Shown piece by piece: positions 1 to 10,617 of a DNA stretch of 38,156 bases. Numbering within the stretch: position 1 is the stretch's first letter; the number at the start of each line of letters is the position of its first letter. The position numbers and the translations under genes were made by a program. The notes under the pieces are model-generated. The model was not told where the DNA came from, ran no database searches, and worked only from the letters and a program-made list of their open reading frames with translations. Source of the stretch: Malacoraja senta (lineage: Eukaryota). The stretch spans positions 62,001-100,156 of the forward strand of contig JAXLNO010000567.1 in assembly GCA_038087875.1 (NCBI GenBank), in the 5' to 3' direction.

Positions 1-153
1 ATTTACAGTTATAAAAAAGCCAATTAACCTACAAACTTGTGCGTCTTTGGAGTGTGGGAGGAAACCGGAGATACCGGAGAAAACCTGCGCAGATCGCGCG
101 GAAAGCGTATAAACTCCATACAGACAGCACCCGTAGTCAGGATCTAACCACAA

Positions 154-365
154 GGGCGGTCATGGTGGCACAGCGGTAGAGTTGCTGCCTTACAGCAAAA
201 TGCAGCACCAGAGACCCGGGTTCGATCCTGATTACGGGTGCTTGTCTGTACGGAGTTTGCACGTTTCTCCCCGTGACCTGCGTGGGTTTTCCCAGAGACC
301 TTCGGTTTCCTCCCGCACCCCAAAGACGTACAGGATTGTAGGTTAATTGGCTTGATAAAAAATGT
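154..365 (+). mobile_element. HE1-type SINE 5' portion (within a minus-strand copy at 1-144 and 487-536)
   Basis: A and B boxes and V-domain. Confidence 0.8.
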
Positions 366-1934
366 AAAAATATCCAAGTTGGCGATATGCGGAGTACTGC
401 CCTGCCGACTACATAATTCAGAAGGTTTGATTTGTTTTAAACTCGGGATCACTCGTGGGTGGACGCGCACCGTGAGACAGGGGTTTAACCCAGGTCTCTG
501 GCGCTGTGAGGCAGCAACTCTACCACTGCGCTGCACTCAGTGTTCTATGCAAGATTCCAGCATCTGCAATTCCTTTGTGCCTACATTTCAATCTGGGCCC
601 TTCTCGATCTTCTAAGCCCTAGTGTATACATGCCTATCCAACCTTTGATCAAACAGAATCTGCCCACTTGATTTATTAATCTTGTAAACTTTCATTGATC
701 AGTTTCCAACCTTCCTTATCAACAGAGACCAATAGCTGACACAATAGTCCAAATGTCTCTCACCACGGAAGTGTAACCTCCCAATTTTTATCTTTCTTTT
801 CTCTAACAAAAAGCCAGAACTTTCTGTTAGCTTTTGTAATCAATCACTGTATGCATGCGAACCTTTCAGAATCTTCGGAAACAACTTACTAACATGTGCA
901 CGGCAATGTGACAATGGACGCCAAATGCTCGCAGAGGCGCAGAGGTAGAAACATATATAATAACATTTAGAAACATATAAAATTATAAAAGGACAAGCTA
1001 GATGCAGGAAAAATGTACATGCCTATCCAACCTTTGATCATAACAGAATCTGCCCGAAACGTTGCCTATTTCCTTCGCTCCATAGATGCTGCCTCACCCG
1101 CTGAGTTTCTCCAGCACCTTTGATTTTCCAGCATCTGCAGTTCCTTGTTGAACATGCGAGGAATAGATCGGGTAGACGCATAAAGTCTCTTGCCCAGAGT
1201 AGGGGAATCGAGAACCAGAGGACATAGGTTCAAGGTGCAGGTGGGGAAAGATTTAATGGGGATATGAGGGCAACTCTAATACACAAAGGGTAGTGGGTAT
1301 ATAGAGGGCAGGTGGGACTAGTGTAGATGGGGCATGTTGGTCAGCACGGGCAAGTTGGGCCGAACGGCCTATTCCCACGATGTATGTCTCTGTGACTATG
1401 CTCCTAAAAATGTGTACCATTCTCCATGTGCTTGATCGTATTCCCTTGCATTGAAAATAATTTAATGACAATGGTCTCATCAAAGAGATGAAAACAAAAT
1501 TGGCATTCAGTTCATGATGTAATTGCAAACTGTTGCTCTATGAGTAAATACAATTCCAAATATCCTTGAATGCCAAGTTTTCATTTTTGAACCACCAACA
1601 TCAGTCCCAGTTTGAAGAGATGTTTTCGTGGACAACAAGCTGGTAAACAGAAGATGGACCTTTGAAGTGAAATTGATTTATTTGCTGTTGTTGGAGACCA
1701 GAAGTTGCGAGAGCAAATGAAAGAGCAACTGAAAGTAGGGATTCTACCACAAGTTGTGTGAAAATTGACCTCATTACGCAAAAAAAACGCTTGACTGATC
1801 TAGAGGATGTCCAAACTCTTGATGTTTACAGATCACGAAAAAGAAGTCTGATAGAACTTAACATTTGGGAATTCTTGCAGAGGGAGAACAATTTTGCAGA
1901 GGGAGAACAAGGAGGGAAGAGACAAAGACTTTAA

Positions 1935-2515
1935 AGGCTCTGTCCCACGGGTTTGTGGTCGTTGGCGGTGAAGCGCGGCGTCGCCGGAAGAGGGGACCGC
2001 ACGGCAACCACGAGAGTGCCGCACGGATGCTGCGCGGGCGGGCCAAGTACGGCCGGTTCAACGAGCGTGCGGTTTCGGCTGATGACGTCTTTCGGATCGC
2101 GGGGCTGTGGTGGCGGCCGTGCCACACACGTGCCTCACTGTCGGCGGCTGTGCTGCACACGTGCCCCACTGGCGGAGGCTGTGGCGGTGCAGGTTCGATT
2201 CATGGCGCTCGTGCCTCACTGGCGGAGGCTGTGGCGGTGACCGTGCCGCACTCGTGCCTCACTGGCGGCGGCTGTGCCGCACACGTGCCTCACTGGCGGT
2301 GGCTGTGCCGCACTCGTGCCTCACTGGCGGCGGCTGTGCGGTAGGAACATATTTTTGGACAGTGTTGGTTTTTTTTTAGCACCGTGCGGTGTTGGGAACA
2401 ACGCCGCACGGCCCCGGAATTGTGCGTTTGACCGAGCCCGCAGTCTCTGGCGGCCCAGGAGCGGTAGATAGTTCCTGTTTCGCCGCCAATGACCGCAGAC
2501 TCGTGAGACAGGCCT
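1935..2515. mobile_element. Non-autonomous DNA transposon flanked by TTAA (Kolobok-like termini AGG..CCT)
   Basis: TTAA 1931-34 / 2516-19; imperfect TIRs of about 35 bp (AGGCTCTGTCCCACGGGTTTGTGGTC / GACCGCAGACTCGTGAGACAGGCCT); internal ~30-bp GC-rich tandem units 2119-2340; second copy at 13274. Confidence 0.75.
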
Positions 2516-2739
2516 TTAAGACTTTTGCCCTCCATCACAATGAGGAGGTGCCTGGTGAACTCACTGTGGTGGATGTTAAACTTGTGATTATTGTGTGTTT
2601 TTGTTATTTTATGATAAGTACGACATTTCGTTCAGATCGGAAGGTCTGAATGACAATAAAGGATACTTTACGTTATTTCAGTTGGTTTGGGTTAGAGATA
2701 AAGTATGGAAACAGGACCTTCCACAAGTTCTATGTTGTC

Positions 2740-2945
2740 CCAAAGATAGACACAAAATGCTGGTGCAACTCTGTGGGTCAGGCAGCATCGCCAGAGAAAA
2801 GGTGTAGGTGATGTTTCAGGTCTGGACCCTTCCTTAGACCTGACCCAAAACGCCATCTACGCATTTGCTCCAGAGATGCTGCCGGACCCACTGAGTTACT
2901 CCAGCATTTTGTGTCTATCTTTCATTTAAACCAGCATCTGCAGTT
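2740..2945. mobile_element. Palindromic Penelope-like insertion (older)
   Basis: AAGATAGACACAAAATGCTGG..CCAGCATTTTGTGTCTATCTT inverted arms. Confidence 0.6.
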
Positions 2946-3314
2946 CATTTTTATATCATTTATTCTATGTTCTCCCACTTTCTCAACCATATACACAAAC
3001 ACCATTTTTTTATTTTTATTCTTTTTACAACCTTTTGGCATGTGGGAGGAAACGGGAGTGTCATGGATGGAGGAAACCCTCGGGGTCACCGGGAGAACGT
3101 GCAAACTCCACACAGACAGCACCCGAGGTCAGGATCGAACTCGGGTCTCCGACGCTGTGAGGCAGCAGTTCTACCCGCTGCGCCACCTCCTCGTGTTAGT
3201 CCCAACCAGAGAACATGAAAGATGAAGATAGACACAAAATGCTGGAGTAACTCAGCGGGACAGGAGGCAGCATCTCCGGAGAGAAGGAATGGGTGACGTT
3301 TTGGGTCTAACGGT

Positions 3315-3935
3315 TTAATTTAGTTTAGTTTAGAGATACAGCGCGGAAACAGGCCCTTCGGCCCACCGAGTCCGCGCCGACCAGTGATCCCCATACAGTC
3401 ACACTACCCTATACACATTGGGGACAATTTTAGACAATGGACAATAGGTGCAGGAGTAGGCCATTTGGCTATTCAATGTGATCATGGCTGATCATCCCCA
3501 ATCAGTACCCCGTTCCTGCCTTCTCCCCATATCTCCCCCTGACTCCGCTATTTTTAACAGCCCTATCTAGCACTCTCTTGAAAACATCCAGAGAACCGGC
3601 CTCCACCGCCCTCTGAGGCAGAGAATTCCACAGACTCACCACTCTCTGTGAGAAAAGGTGTTTCCTCGTCTCCGTTCCAAATGGCTTACCCCTTATTCTT
3701 AAACTGTGGCCCCTGGTTCTGGACTCATAAATTTTTGCATTTATTACATTTATACCAAAGCCAATTAACTCCATGTCTTTGGAGTGTGGGAGGAAATCAA
3801 AGATCTTGGAGAAAAACCCACGCAGGTCACGGAGAGAGCGAACAAATTCCGTGCAGACAGCGCCCGTGGTCAGGATCGAACCGGGGTCTCTGGCGCTGTG
3901 AGGCAGTAACTCCACCGCTGTGCCACCAAGCCGCC
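3315..3935 (-). mobile_element. HE1-type SINE interrupted by a CR1 3' fragment (3433-3727)
   Basis: SINE tail 3315-3432, head and body 3730-3935. Confidence 0.8.
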
Positions 3936-4346
3936 CTTACAATCAGACCATGGGAATTTAGCTGAAGATGAAAACATGAGAGACATTATTTCAACTGGGA
4001 TTGCACCACATTCCCAATGGATAATCCCAAGAAGCTCTAAAAATACTTTATTTTGGAGTACAGTTTCATTGGAAATCTTAATGGTCTCTCCACAGAAAAT
4101 GTGGCTGCTGCAAAAATAGAATAGAATCCTGCCAATTTTATTTAGCACATAAATAATATTTCTTTATGTGTATGAGCCTCAACTCGGTGGATTTTATATG
4201 AGGTAGTGCCTCACTTTCATTGGTGCTGGCATGTTTAATTACAGCTCAATACAGAAGTAGCAGCTTTATTTTGCTTGAAGATAAGACACAAAATGCTGGA
4301 GTAACTCAGCGGGACAGGCGGGAAGGAATGGATGACGCTTTATCTC

Positions 4347-4853
4347 AATAGACAATAGACAATAGGTGCAGGAGTAGGCCATTCGGCCCTTCGAGCCACC
4401 ACCGCCATTCAATGTGATCATGGCTGATCATCCCCATTCAGTACCCCGTTCCTGCCTTCTCCCCATATCCCCTGACTCCGCTATTTTTAACAGCCCTATC
4501 TAGCTCTCTCTTGAAAGTATCCAGAGAACCGGCCTCCAAAGCCCTCTGAGGCAGAGAATTCCACAGACTCACAACTCTCTGTGAGAAAAAGTGTTTCCTC
4601 GTCTCCGTTCTAAATGGCTTACCCCTTATTCTTAAACTGTGTGGCCCCTGGTTCTGGACTCCCCCAACATCGGGAACATGTTTCCTGCCTCTAGCGTGTC
4701 CAAACCCTTAACAATCTTATATGTTTCAATAAGATACCCTCTCATCCTTCTAAACTCCAGAGTGTACAAGCCCAGCTGCTCCATTCTCTCAGCATATGAC
4801 AGTCCCACCACCCCGGGAATTAACCTTGTAAACCTACACTGCACTCCCTCAAT
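4347..4853 (-). mobile_element. CR1-clade (HER1-like) LINE 3' fragment
   Basis: IEGVQCRFTRLIPG..LGLYTLEFRRMRGYLIETYKI..ESRTRGH; tail (CTATTGT)n. Confidence 0.85.
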
Positions 4854-5223
4854 AGTCTCGACCTGAAACATCTCCCATTCATTCTCTGGAGCGAAGGAAA
4901 TAGGCAACGTTTCGGGCCGAAACCCTTTTTCGGCCCGAAACGTTGCCTATTTCCTTCGCTCCATGGATGCGGTCTGTCCCGCTGAGTTACTCCAGCATTT
5001 TGTGTCTATCTTTGATTGAAATCAGCATCTGCAGTTCGTCCCACACGCTTTATTTTTGCTTATTCTGTCTCGGGTTGTGAGTTTCTTTGGCAAGGCCCAT
5101 CGGTTAAAGCCATTGAGAAGGCGGTGGTGAGCTGCCCTCTTTAACTGGTCATGACCTTCCAGTGAGGTGCCGTTGTGGAGGGAGCTTAATTTAGGTTAGT
5201 TTAGTTTAGAGATAGAGCACAAT

Positions 5224-5436
5224 TGCAGTGCAGAACCCCACAGGAGATCCTTCTTCCCTGTGGCTATCAAACCTTACAACTCCTCCCCTTTCCGTCGTGG
5301 GGTCTCCTCTCCCCCACCCCTCCCCAATCTTTGCACATCCCCCAAGCCTTTCCACTCGTTTCATGTCTTGTGTATTTTATATTTTTGCAGATCAATTTCC
5401 CTCCTGGGATAATTAAAGTTCCATCGTATCGTATCG
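5224..5436 (+). mobile_element. Rex1/Babar 3' end
   Basis: RRSFFPVAIK-like terminus and (ATCGT)n tail. Confidence 0.65.
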
Positions 5437-5452
5437 GATTGCAGAAACAGGC

Positions 5453-5506
5453 GGGGTGGGAGATTGCAACCTTCACCTGGTCCGCCCTGTTTCGACAAAT
5501 GCAATC
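5453..5506 (+). ncRNA. HDV-like self-cleaving ribozyme (compact, minimal P4), family A
   Basis: P1 GGGGTGG 5453-59/CCGCCCT 5482-88 (G1-U wobble); P2 GATTGCA 5462-68/TGCAATC 5500-06; P3 ACC 5469-71/GGT 5479-81; 7-nt L3 TTCACCT; GTTTCGA then C5496-AAA as J4/2. Strand order P1-P2-P3-L3-P3'-P1'-J4/2-P2' is the HDV nested pseudoknot. Confidence 0.85.
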
Positions 5507-5592
5507 AACCTGGCGTGCACAATCAAATAAGCTCAAAGAGAACAAGTTGTCCTGCAAGTTTAGGCTGTGCACGCCATACGCAAGAAGAAGAA
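5453..5592 (+). mobile_element. Short non-autonomous retroposon with HDV-ribozyme head and (GAA)n tail, family A copy 1
   Basis: 12-bp TSD GCAGAAACAGGC at 5441-5452 and 5593-5604; ends CAAGAAGAAGAA; inserted in an HE1-type SINE. Confidence 0.85.
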
Positions 5593-6153
5593 GCAGAAAC
5601 AGGCCCTTCAGCCCACACCGGCCAGCCATCACCGCACAGCCATCACCACACACTAACACTATCCGACACACACTAGGGACAATTTACAATTTTTTTTACC
5701 GAAGCCAATTAACCTACAAACCTGTATGTTTTTGGAGTGTGGGAGGAAACCAGAGGTCCTGGAGAAAACCCACGCAGGTCACGGGGAGAAGGTACAGACA
5801 AGCAGCCGTAGTCAGGATCGAACCTGGGACTCTTGCGATGTCAGGCATCAACTCTACCACTGCGCCATCGTAACCATGTTTCCCATTCTCCAGTCAGCGC
5901 TGGGAAGTCTATTCCTGGTGATATTTCTTTTAAAAAATATATATTTTATTTATTAGAAGTAACACAAGACATTTCCTGTACCACTTCTTGTTTGAAACTT
6001 TAAAAAGAAGAAGGATAGAGAGAGTTAGATAAGATAGTGAGTGCGTGAAAGAAACCCGCAGAAACGTAAAACACGAGAAAGCGTTAAAAAGAAAACCAAA
6101 GGAAAAGAAAGAGAAAAATAGAAAACAGAAGACATATGAAAGTTAAATAAGAT

Positions 6154-6990
6154 TTTTATTTTATTAGAAGTATAATCGTATGGCACCAAAGTACCTAATA
6201 TATATTTGCATATTTTATGTACAGCTTTTTATTTTTTTAAATTATAATAAAGAAGAATAAGAAAAAGAAATTAGATAATAATGGATAGAAAAACGTGAGA
6301 TATATAGTGGGTGAAAAAGAAAAAGAAAAAAAGAATGAAAGAAGAAAGGTGAAGAAAAGAAAATAGGAAAAAGAGAGTAAAAAATAAAAAAAATAAAATA
6401 AGGAAATCATTGTTTATAATCTTGACCATCCCCCACCCAGTCCTGAAACAGTTAGCTTCTACCCTCAGTCTGAAGAAGGGTTTCGGCCCGAAACGTTGCC
6501 TATTTCCTTCGCTCCATAGATGCTGCTGCACCCGCTGAGTTTCTCCAGCAATTTTGTCTACCTTGGAGAAACTCCGTGGGTGCAGCAGCATCTATGGAGC
6601 GAAGGAAATAGGCAACGTTTCGGGCCGAAACCCTGAAGGAAACAGGCAACGTTTCAGGCCGAAACCCTGAAGGAAATAGGCAACGTTTCAGGCCGAAACC
6701 CTGAAGGAAATAGGCAACGTTTCAGGACGAAACCCTTCCGGGTTTCGGCCCGAAACGTTGCCTATTTCCTTCAGGGTTTCGGCCCGAAACGTTGCCTATT
6801 TCCTTCGCTCCATAGATGCTGCTGCACCCGCTGAGTTTCTCCAGCATTTTTGTGTACCTAGGATTTTCCAGCATCTGCAGTTCCTTCTTTAACAGCTTCT
6901 ACAGCTGTGTTGCACCATATGATTCCAAAAAGAGGACAAATGTCGACCAACTCGTTAAGAATTGGTCCGATTTATCTATTATAGATCTAA
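6154..6990 (-). mobile_element. Second L1-clade 3' fragment nested in the first
   Basis: 16-bp TSD GAAAGT(T/A)AAATAAGAT 6138-53 / 6991-7006; terminus DKSDQFLTSWSTFVLFLESYGATQL*. Confidence 0.7.
6465..6892. mobile_element. Penelope-like insertion with direct and inverted arms and a 34-bp tandem array
   Basis: Hammerhead motif 6470-6497; four units GAAGGAAATAGGCAACGTTTCRGGCCGAAACCCT at 6601-6736; AGCTTCTAC repeated at 6454-62 / 6894-6902. Confidence 0.7.
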
Positions 6991-7437
6991 GAAAGTAAAA
7001 TAAGATAACAGGGATGTACCTACTACGTATCTTTACACACCCCTCACCAGGTCCTGAAACCATTTATTTTATGTTGCACCCTATGCTTGTAAAATGGAGA
7101 CCAAATCCTTTGGAAATGGTCTGATTTGCCTGCTAGGAGGAATCTCATGTCTTCTCGGTGTAACATTCCGGGGTGATATTTCAGCTGGCTTGGCTCAATC
7201 ATGTCCTCTTACGCAGCATTGTTTATGACCCTTGGCACCAACTCAGCAGCGAAATTTGTTTGCCTCTTACCTTGAATAAACTAACACATACTTTGGTACT
7301 TGAAAGTTAATTATCGGGAATGCTTTTTCCATTCGTACACAAGCTTGATGGCTCTTCCTTCCTTTTTATCCTCTGCTGTTTCCAAGGGAAGGATTTCTTG
7401 CTTGGAATGTTTTCTGCGCAAGTTCAATTGTCGGAAC

Positions 7438-7790
7438 AATAGAATTTAGATGCAGGAGGAGGCCATTCGGCCCTTCGAGCCAGCACCGCCATTCAATATG
7501 ATCATGGCTGATCATCCAGAATCAGTACCCCGTTCCTGCTTTCTCCCCATATCCCTTGATTCCGTTAGCCCTAAAGAGCTAAATCTAACTCTCTCTTGAA
7601 TACATCCAGTGAATTGTCCTCCACTGCCTTCTGTGGCAGAGAATTCCACAGATTCACAACTCTGGGTGGAAAGGTTTTTCCTCATCTCAGTTCTAAATGG
7701 CCGACCCCCTTATTCTTAAACTGTGGCCCCTGGTTCTGGACTCCCCCAACAGGGGAACATTTTTCCTGCATCTAGCCTGTCCAAGAATTC
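7438..7790 (-). mobile_element. CR1-clade 3' fragment
   Basis: GESRTRGHSLRIRG motif and shared 3' UTR. Confidence 0.8.
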
Positions 7791-8074
7791 TATACCAATG
7801 TTTTACTTTGACCCTTGTGAGCGGGTGGATGTTAGAGAGCATTGAACAAACACCCCCTCTCCTAGCCTTATATCTCATCTTCAGACCATTGCATCAATAA
7901 GGATATCACCCTAACTGTCCTTGCAGAGGTTATGGGGTGAAGGCAGGAGAATGGGATCAGCCCCGATTGAATGGCGGAGTAGACTTGATGGGACGAATGG
8001 CCTAATTCTGCTCCTATCACATGAACTTACGAAGTCGAGACCCTTCTTCAGACTCCTTTGGGTCTTGACCCTAA

Positions 8075-8439
8075 AGGGCCTGTCCCACTTACGCGACCTT
8101 TACAGGCGACTGCCGGCACAGAAAGACGCTACGACTCTTTGGAGACCTCTCAGGACCATAGGAGACCTCTCAGGACCATAGGAGACCTCACAAGACCATA
8201 CAAGCTGTATGGTTGTGAGAGGTCTCCTTTGGTCATGAGAGGTCACCCGCGACATGTCACCAGGATTCGCCAGGGGTCGCCTGTATGGTCGTGAGAGGTC
8301 TCCTATGGTCGTGAGAGGTCTCCAAAGAGTCGTAGCGTCTTTCTGGTCACCGCTGAATTTTCAACCTGTTGAAAATTTCGGCGACCTACGACGGGTGCCC
8401 GCAGTCGCCTGCAAAGGTCGCGTAAGTGGGTCAGAACCA
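8075..8439. mobile_element. PIF/Harbinger-like MITE
   Basis: TIR AGGGCCTGTCCCACTTACGCGACC; TAA 8072-74 / 8440-42; internal 20-bp repeats at 8141-8200 mirrored in inverse at about 8208-8322. Confidence 0.8.
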
Positions 8440-8462
8440 TAAGTGTCACCTATCCATGTCTA

Positions 8463-8701
8463 GTTTAAGAAGGAACTGCAGATGCTGGAAAATCGAAGGT
8501 AGACAAAAGTGCTGGAGAAACTCAGCGGGTGCAGCAGCATCTATGGAGCGAAGGAAATAGGCAACGTTTCAGGCCGAAACCCTTCTTCAGACTGATGGGC
8601 CTGAATCAGTCTGAAGAAGGGTTTCGGCCCGAAACGTTGCCTATTCGTTCACTCCATAGAAGCTGCCGCACCCGCTGAGTTTCTCCAGCACTTTTGTCTA
8701 C
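8463..8701. mobile_element. Palindromic Penelope-like (pLTR-derived) insertion with hammerhead motif
   Basis: Two inverted arms; CTGAAGA-A-GGGTTTCGGCCC-GAAA-CGTT at 8611-8638; 15-bp direct repeat CCATGTCTAGTTTAA 8454-68 / 8701-15. Confidence 0.7.
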
Positions 8702-9424
8702 CATGTCTAGTTTAATACTTCCATTGACTACATGTTGGGACTTGCTCCTCTTTTAAATCTGTGCTGACTTCTTTATTACATTTGCAATATCTACGTATAT
8801 TATTTTCCATTACGCCATGGGAAAACAATTCCATTACCAGCCATTGAGTACAAACCCCATTATCAACTCTGCTGTTGAACTCAGTTAGAATGAGCCATAA
8901 ACATTGGCCTTGCCTGCAACAGTCACGTCCCACGAAACAGTTAAAAAATCTTTGCTAATACTTACATTGAGCTTGCCGGCCCATACATTCCTTGTTTGCA
9001 AGGTTATTTATTTTATATTATTTATCTTGAGTCATACTCTGCTTATCCCATCCCTGACATGTTCGAACATGAGTGGGTGAAAGCTATCAAAACCGGTTAT
9101 CTCCCCACACTCTAAGTAGGTTTGTTCTAATTAGTCTCCCTTGTAAATATTGAGGCCAAGATATTTATTGGTGCCACCATTTTGTTGTCATTATCTCCAG
9201 TTCATTCTTTACCAGCCCCTTCATTCCTTCCCGTTGATTTAAGTCTTCATAATTCTTCGTTGTTTACTGATAGTTTGCAGTTTAGATATTTATAGATTCA
9301 TTTTGCAACTCCGCTTCCTAAATGGATTTTGACCCCTTTCCAACTCCTTCTCCCTCTGTCAGCCAAGCTTTTGCCTTTGAGAGATACAAAGTGCTTGAGC
9401 AACTTTGCTGGAGTATCTGTCGAC

Positions 9425-9777
9425 TAGTGCAAGGCCTGGATAGAGTGGATGTGGAGAGGATGTTTCCACCAGTGGGTGAGTCTAGGTCCAGAGGTTGTAG
9501 CCTCAGTATAAAAGGACGTACCTTGAGGAAGGAGATAAGGAATTTCTTTACTCAGTGGGTGGTGAATTTATGGAACTCCTTGCCGCAGAAGGCGGTGGAG
9601 GCCAAGTCAATGGATATTTTTTTAAGGCGGAGATTGACAGATTCTTGATTAGTACGGGTGTCGGAGTTATGGGGCGAAGGCACGAGAATGGGGTTGGGAG
9701 GGAGAGATAGATCAGTCGTGATTGAATGGAGGAGTAGACTTGATGGGCAGAATGGCCTAAGTCTGCTCCGATAACTT
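9425..9777 (+). mobile_element. CR1-clade 3' fragment
   Basis: GLDRVDVERMFP..FFTQWVVNLWNSLP. Confidence 0.8.
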
Positions 9778-10177
9778 CATTGATGAACTGTACACTGCAA
9801 GGGCCAAGAAGCGAGCGGGTAAGATAATCTCTGGCCCCTCTCACCCTGGCCACAAACTCTTTGAATCATTTCCCTCTGGAAGGCGACTCCGGACTGTCAA
9901 AGCTGCCACAGCCAGACATAAAAACTGTTTTTATCCACGAGTAGTTGCTCTACTCAACAGCCAAACATCTGTAGCCTCCCTTTGATCTGGTATTTTGTTG
10001 GTTCACATGCTTGTTCCATGATGCTTTATCATGAATGTTTTATTATTCTTTATGTTTAGTGTTTTCTGAGTCATTCGTAAATGTCACTGTATGTCATGTT
10101 GTTACTTGTGGGCGGAGCACCAAGGCAAATTCCTTGTATGTGAATACTTGGCCAATAAACTTACTTACTTACTTAAC
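9778..10177 (+). mobile_element. Rex1/Babar 3' fragment (different subfamily)
   Basis: Translates ELYTARAKKRAGKII..SHPGHKLFESFPSGRRLR; AATAAA + (CTTA)n tail. Confidence 0.8.
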
Positions 10178-10617
10178 TTATGAACTTACGTAACTCAGTG
10201 GGTCAGGCAGCATCTCTGGAGAAAAAGGCTGGGACTCTTCTTCAGACTAAAAGTAGGGGGTGAGGTGGAGGGGGGGGGGTGGGGGTGGGGGAGGTTTGGT
10301 TGGGGGTGAAGAGCTGGAGGCATGGAAAGACTAAACCAATGCAAGCTGGCCACAATTGACTTCAGGTGGGCAAGGTAGGCCCATTGTTGGCTGGGGAAGG
10401 TGTGATCTCAAGAGGAAAACAAGGTGGAGAACTGTGGAACTGGGAAAACGACTAGCACAACTCAACTAGATGCACGGAGTCTCTTGCCCAGAGTGGGAAA
10501 TCGAGGACCAGAGGACATAGGTTCAAGGTGAAGGGGAAAAGATTTAATAGGAATCCGAGGGGTAACTTTGCACACAAAGGGTGGTGGTGTATGGAACAAG
10601 CTACAAGAGGAGTCATT

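Larger units (their letters stand above)
5190..5875 (-). mobile_element. HE1-type SINE with nested Rex1 tail and ribozyme retroposon
   Basis: (TTTAG)n tail at 5190-5215, body 5593-5875. Confidence 0.75.
5928..7164 (-). mobile_element. L1-clade LINE 3' fragment (host of nested insertions)
   Basis: ORF2 end MRFLLAGKSDHFQRIWSPF; TSD ATTCC(T/GG)GGTGATATTTC 5911-27 / 7165-82; same family as 13167-14107. Confidence 0.75.

Noticed and set aside
1858..2538. Cluster of overlapping Arg/Ala/Cys-rich ORFs
   Set aside because: They arise from a GC-rich MITE with internal tandem repeats. There are no transposase motifs.
6601..6736. CRISPR-like repeat array (also 27408-27536 and 8141-8200)
   Set aside because: The units are contiguous with no unique spacers, the context is eukaryotic, and there are no cas genes.
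7271..7413. Minus-strand coding exon with AAG|GTAAGA donor
   Set aside because: There are stops in all three frames and the acceptor is weak. A non-coding exon cannot be excluded but is unsupported.
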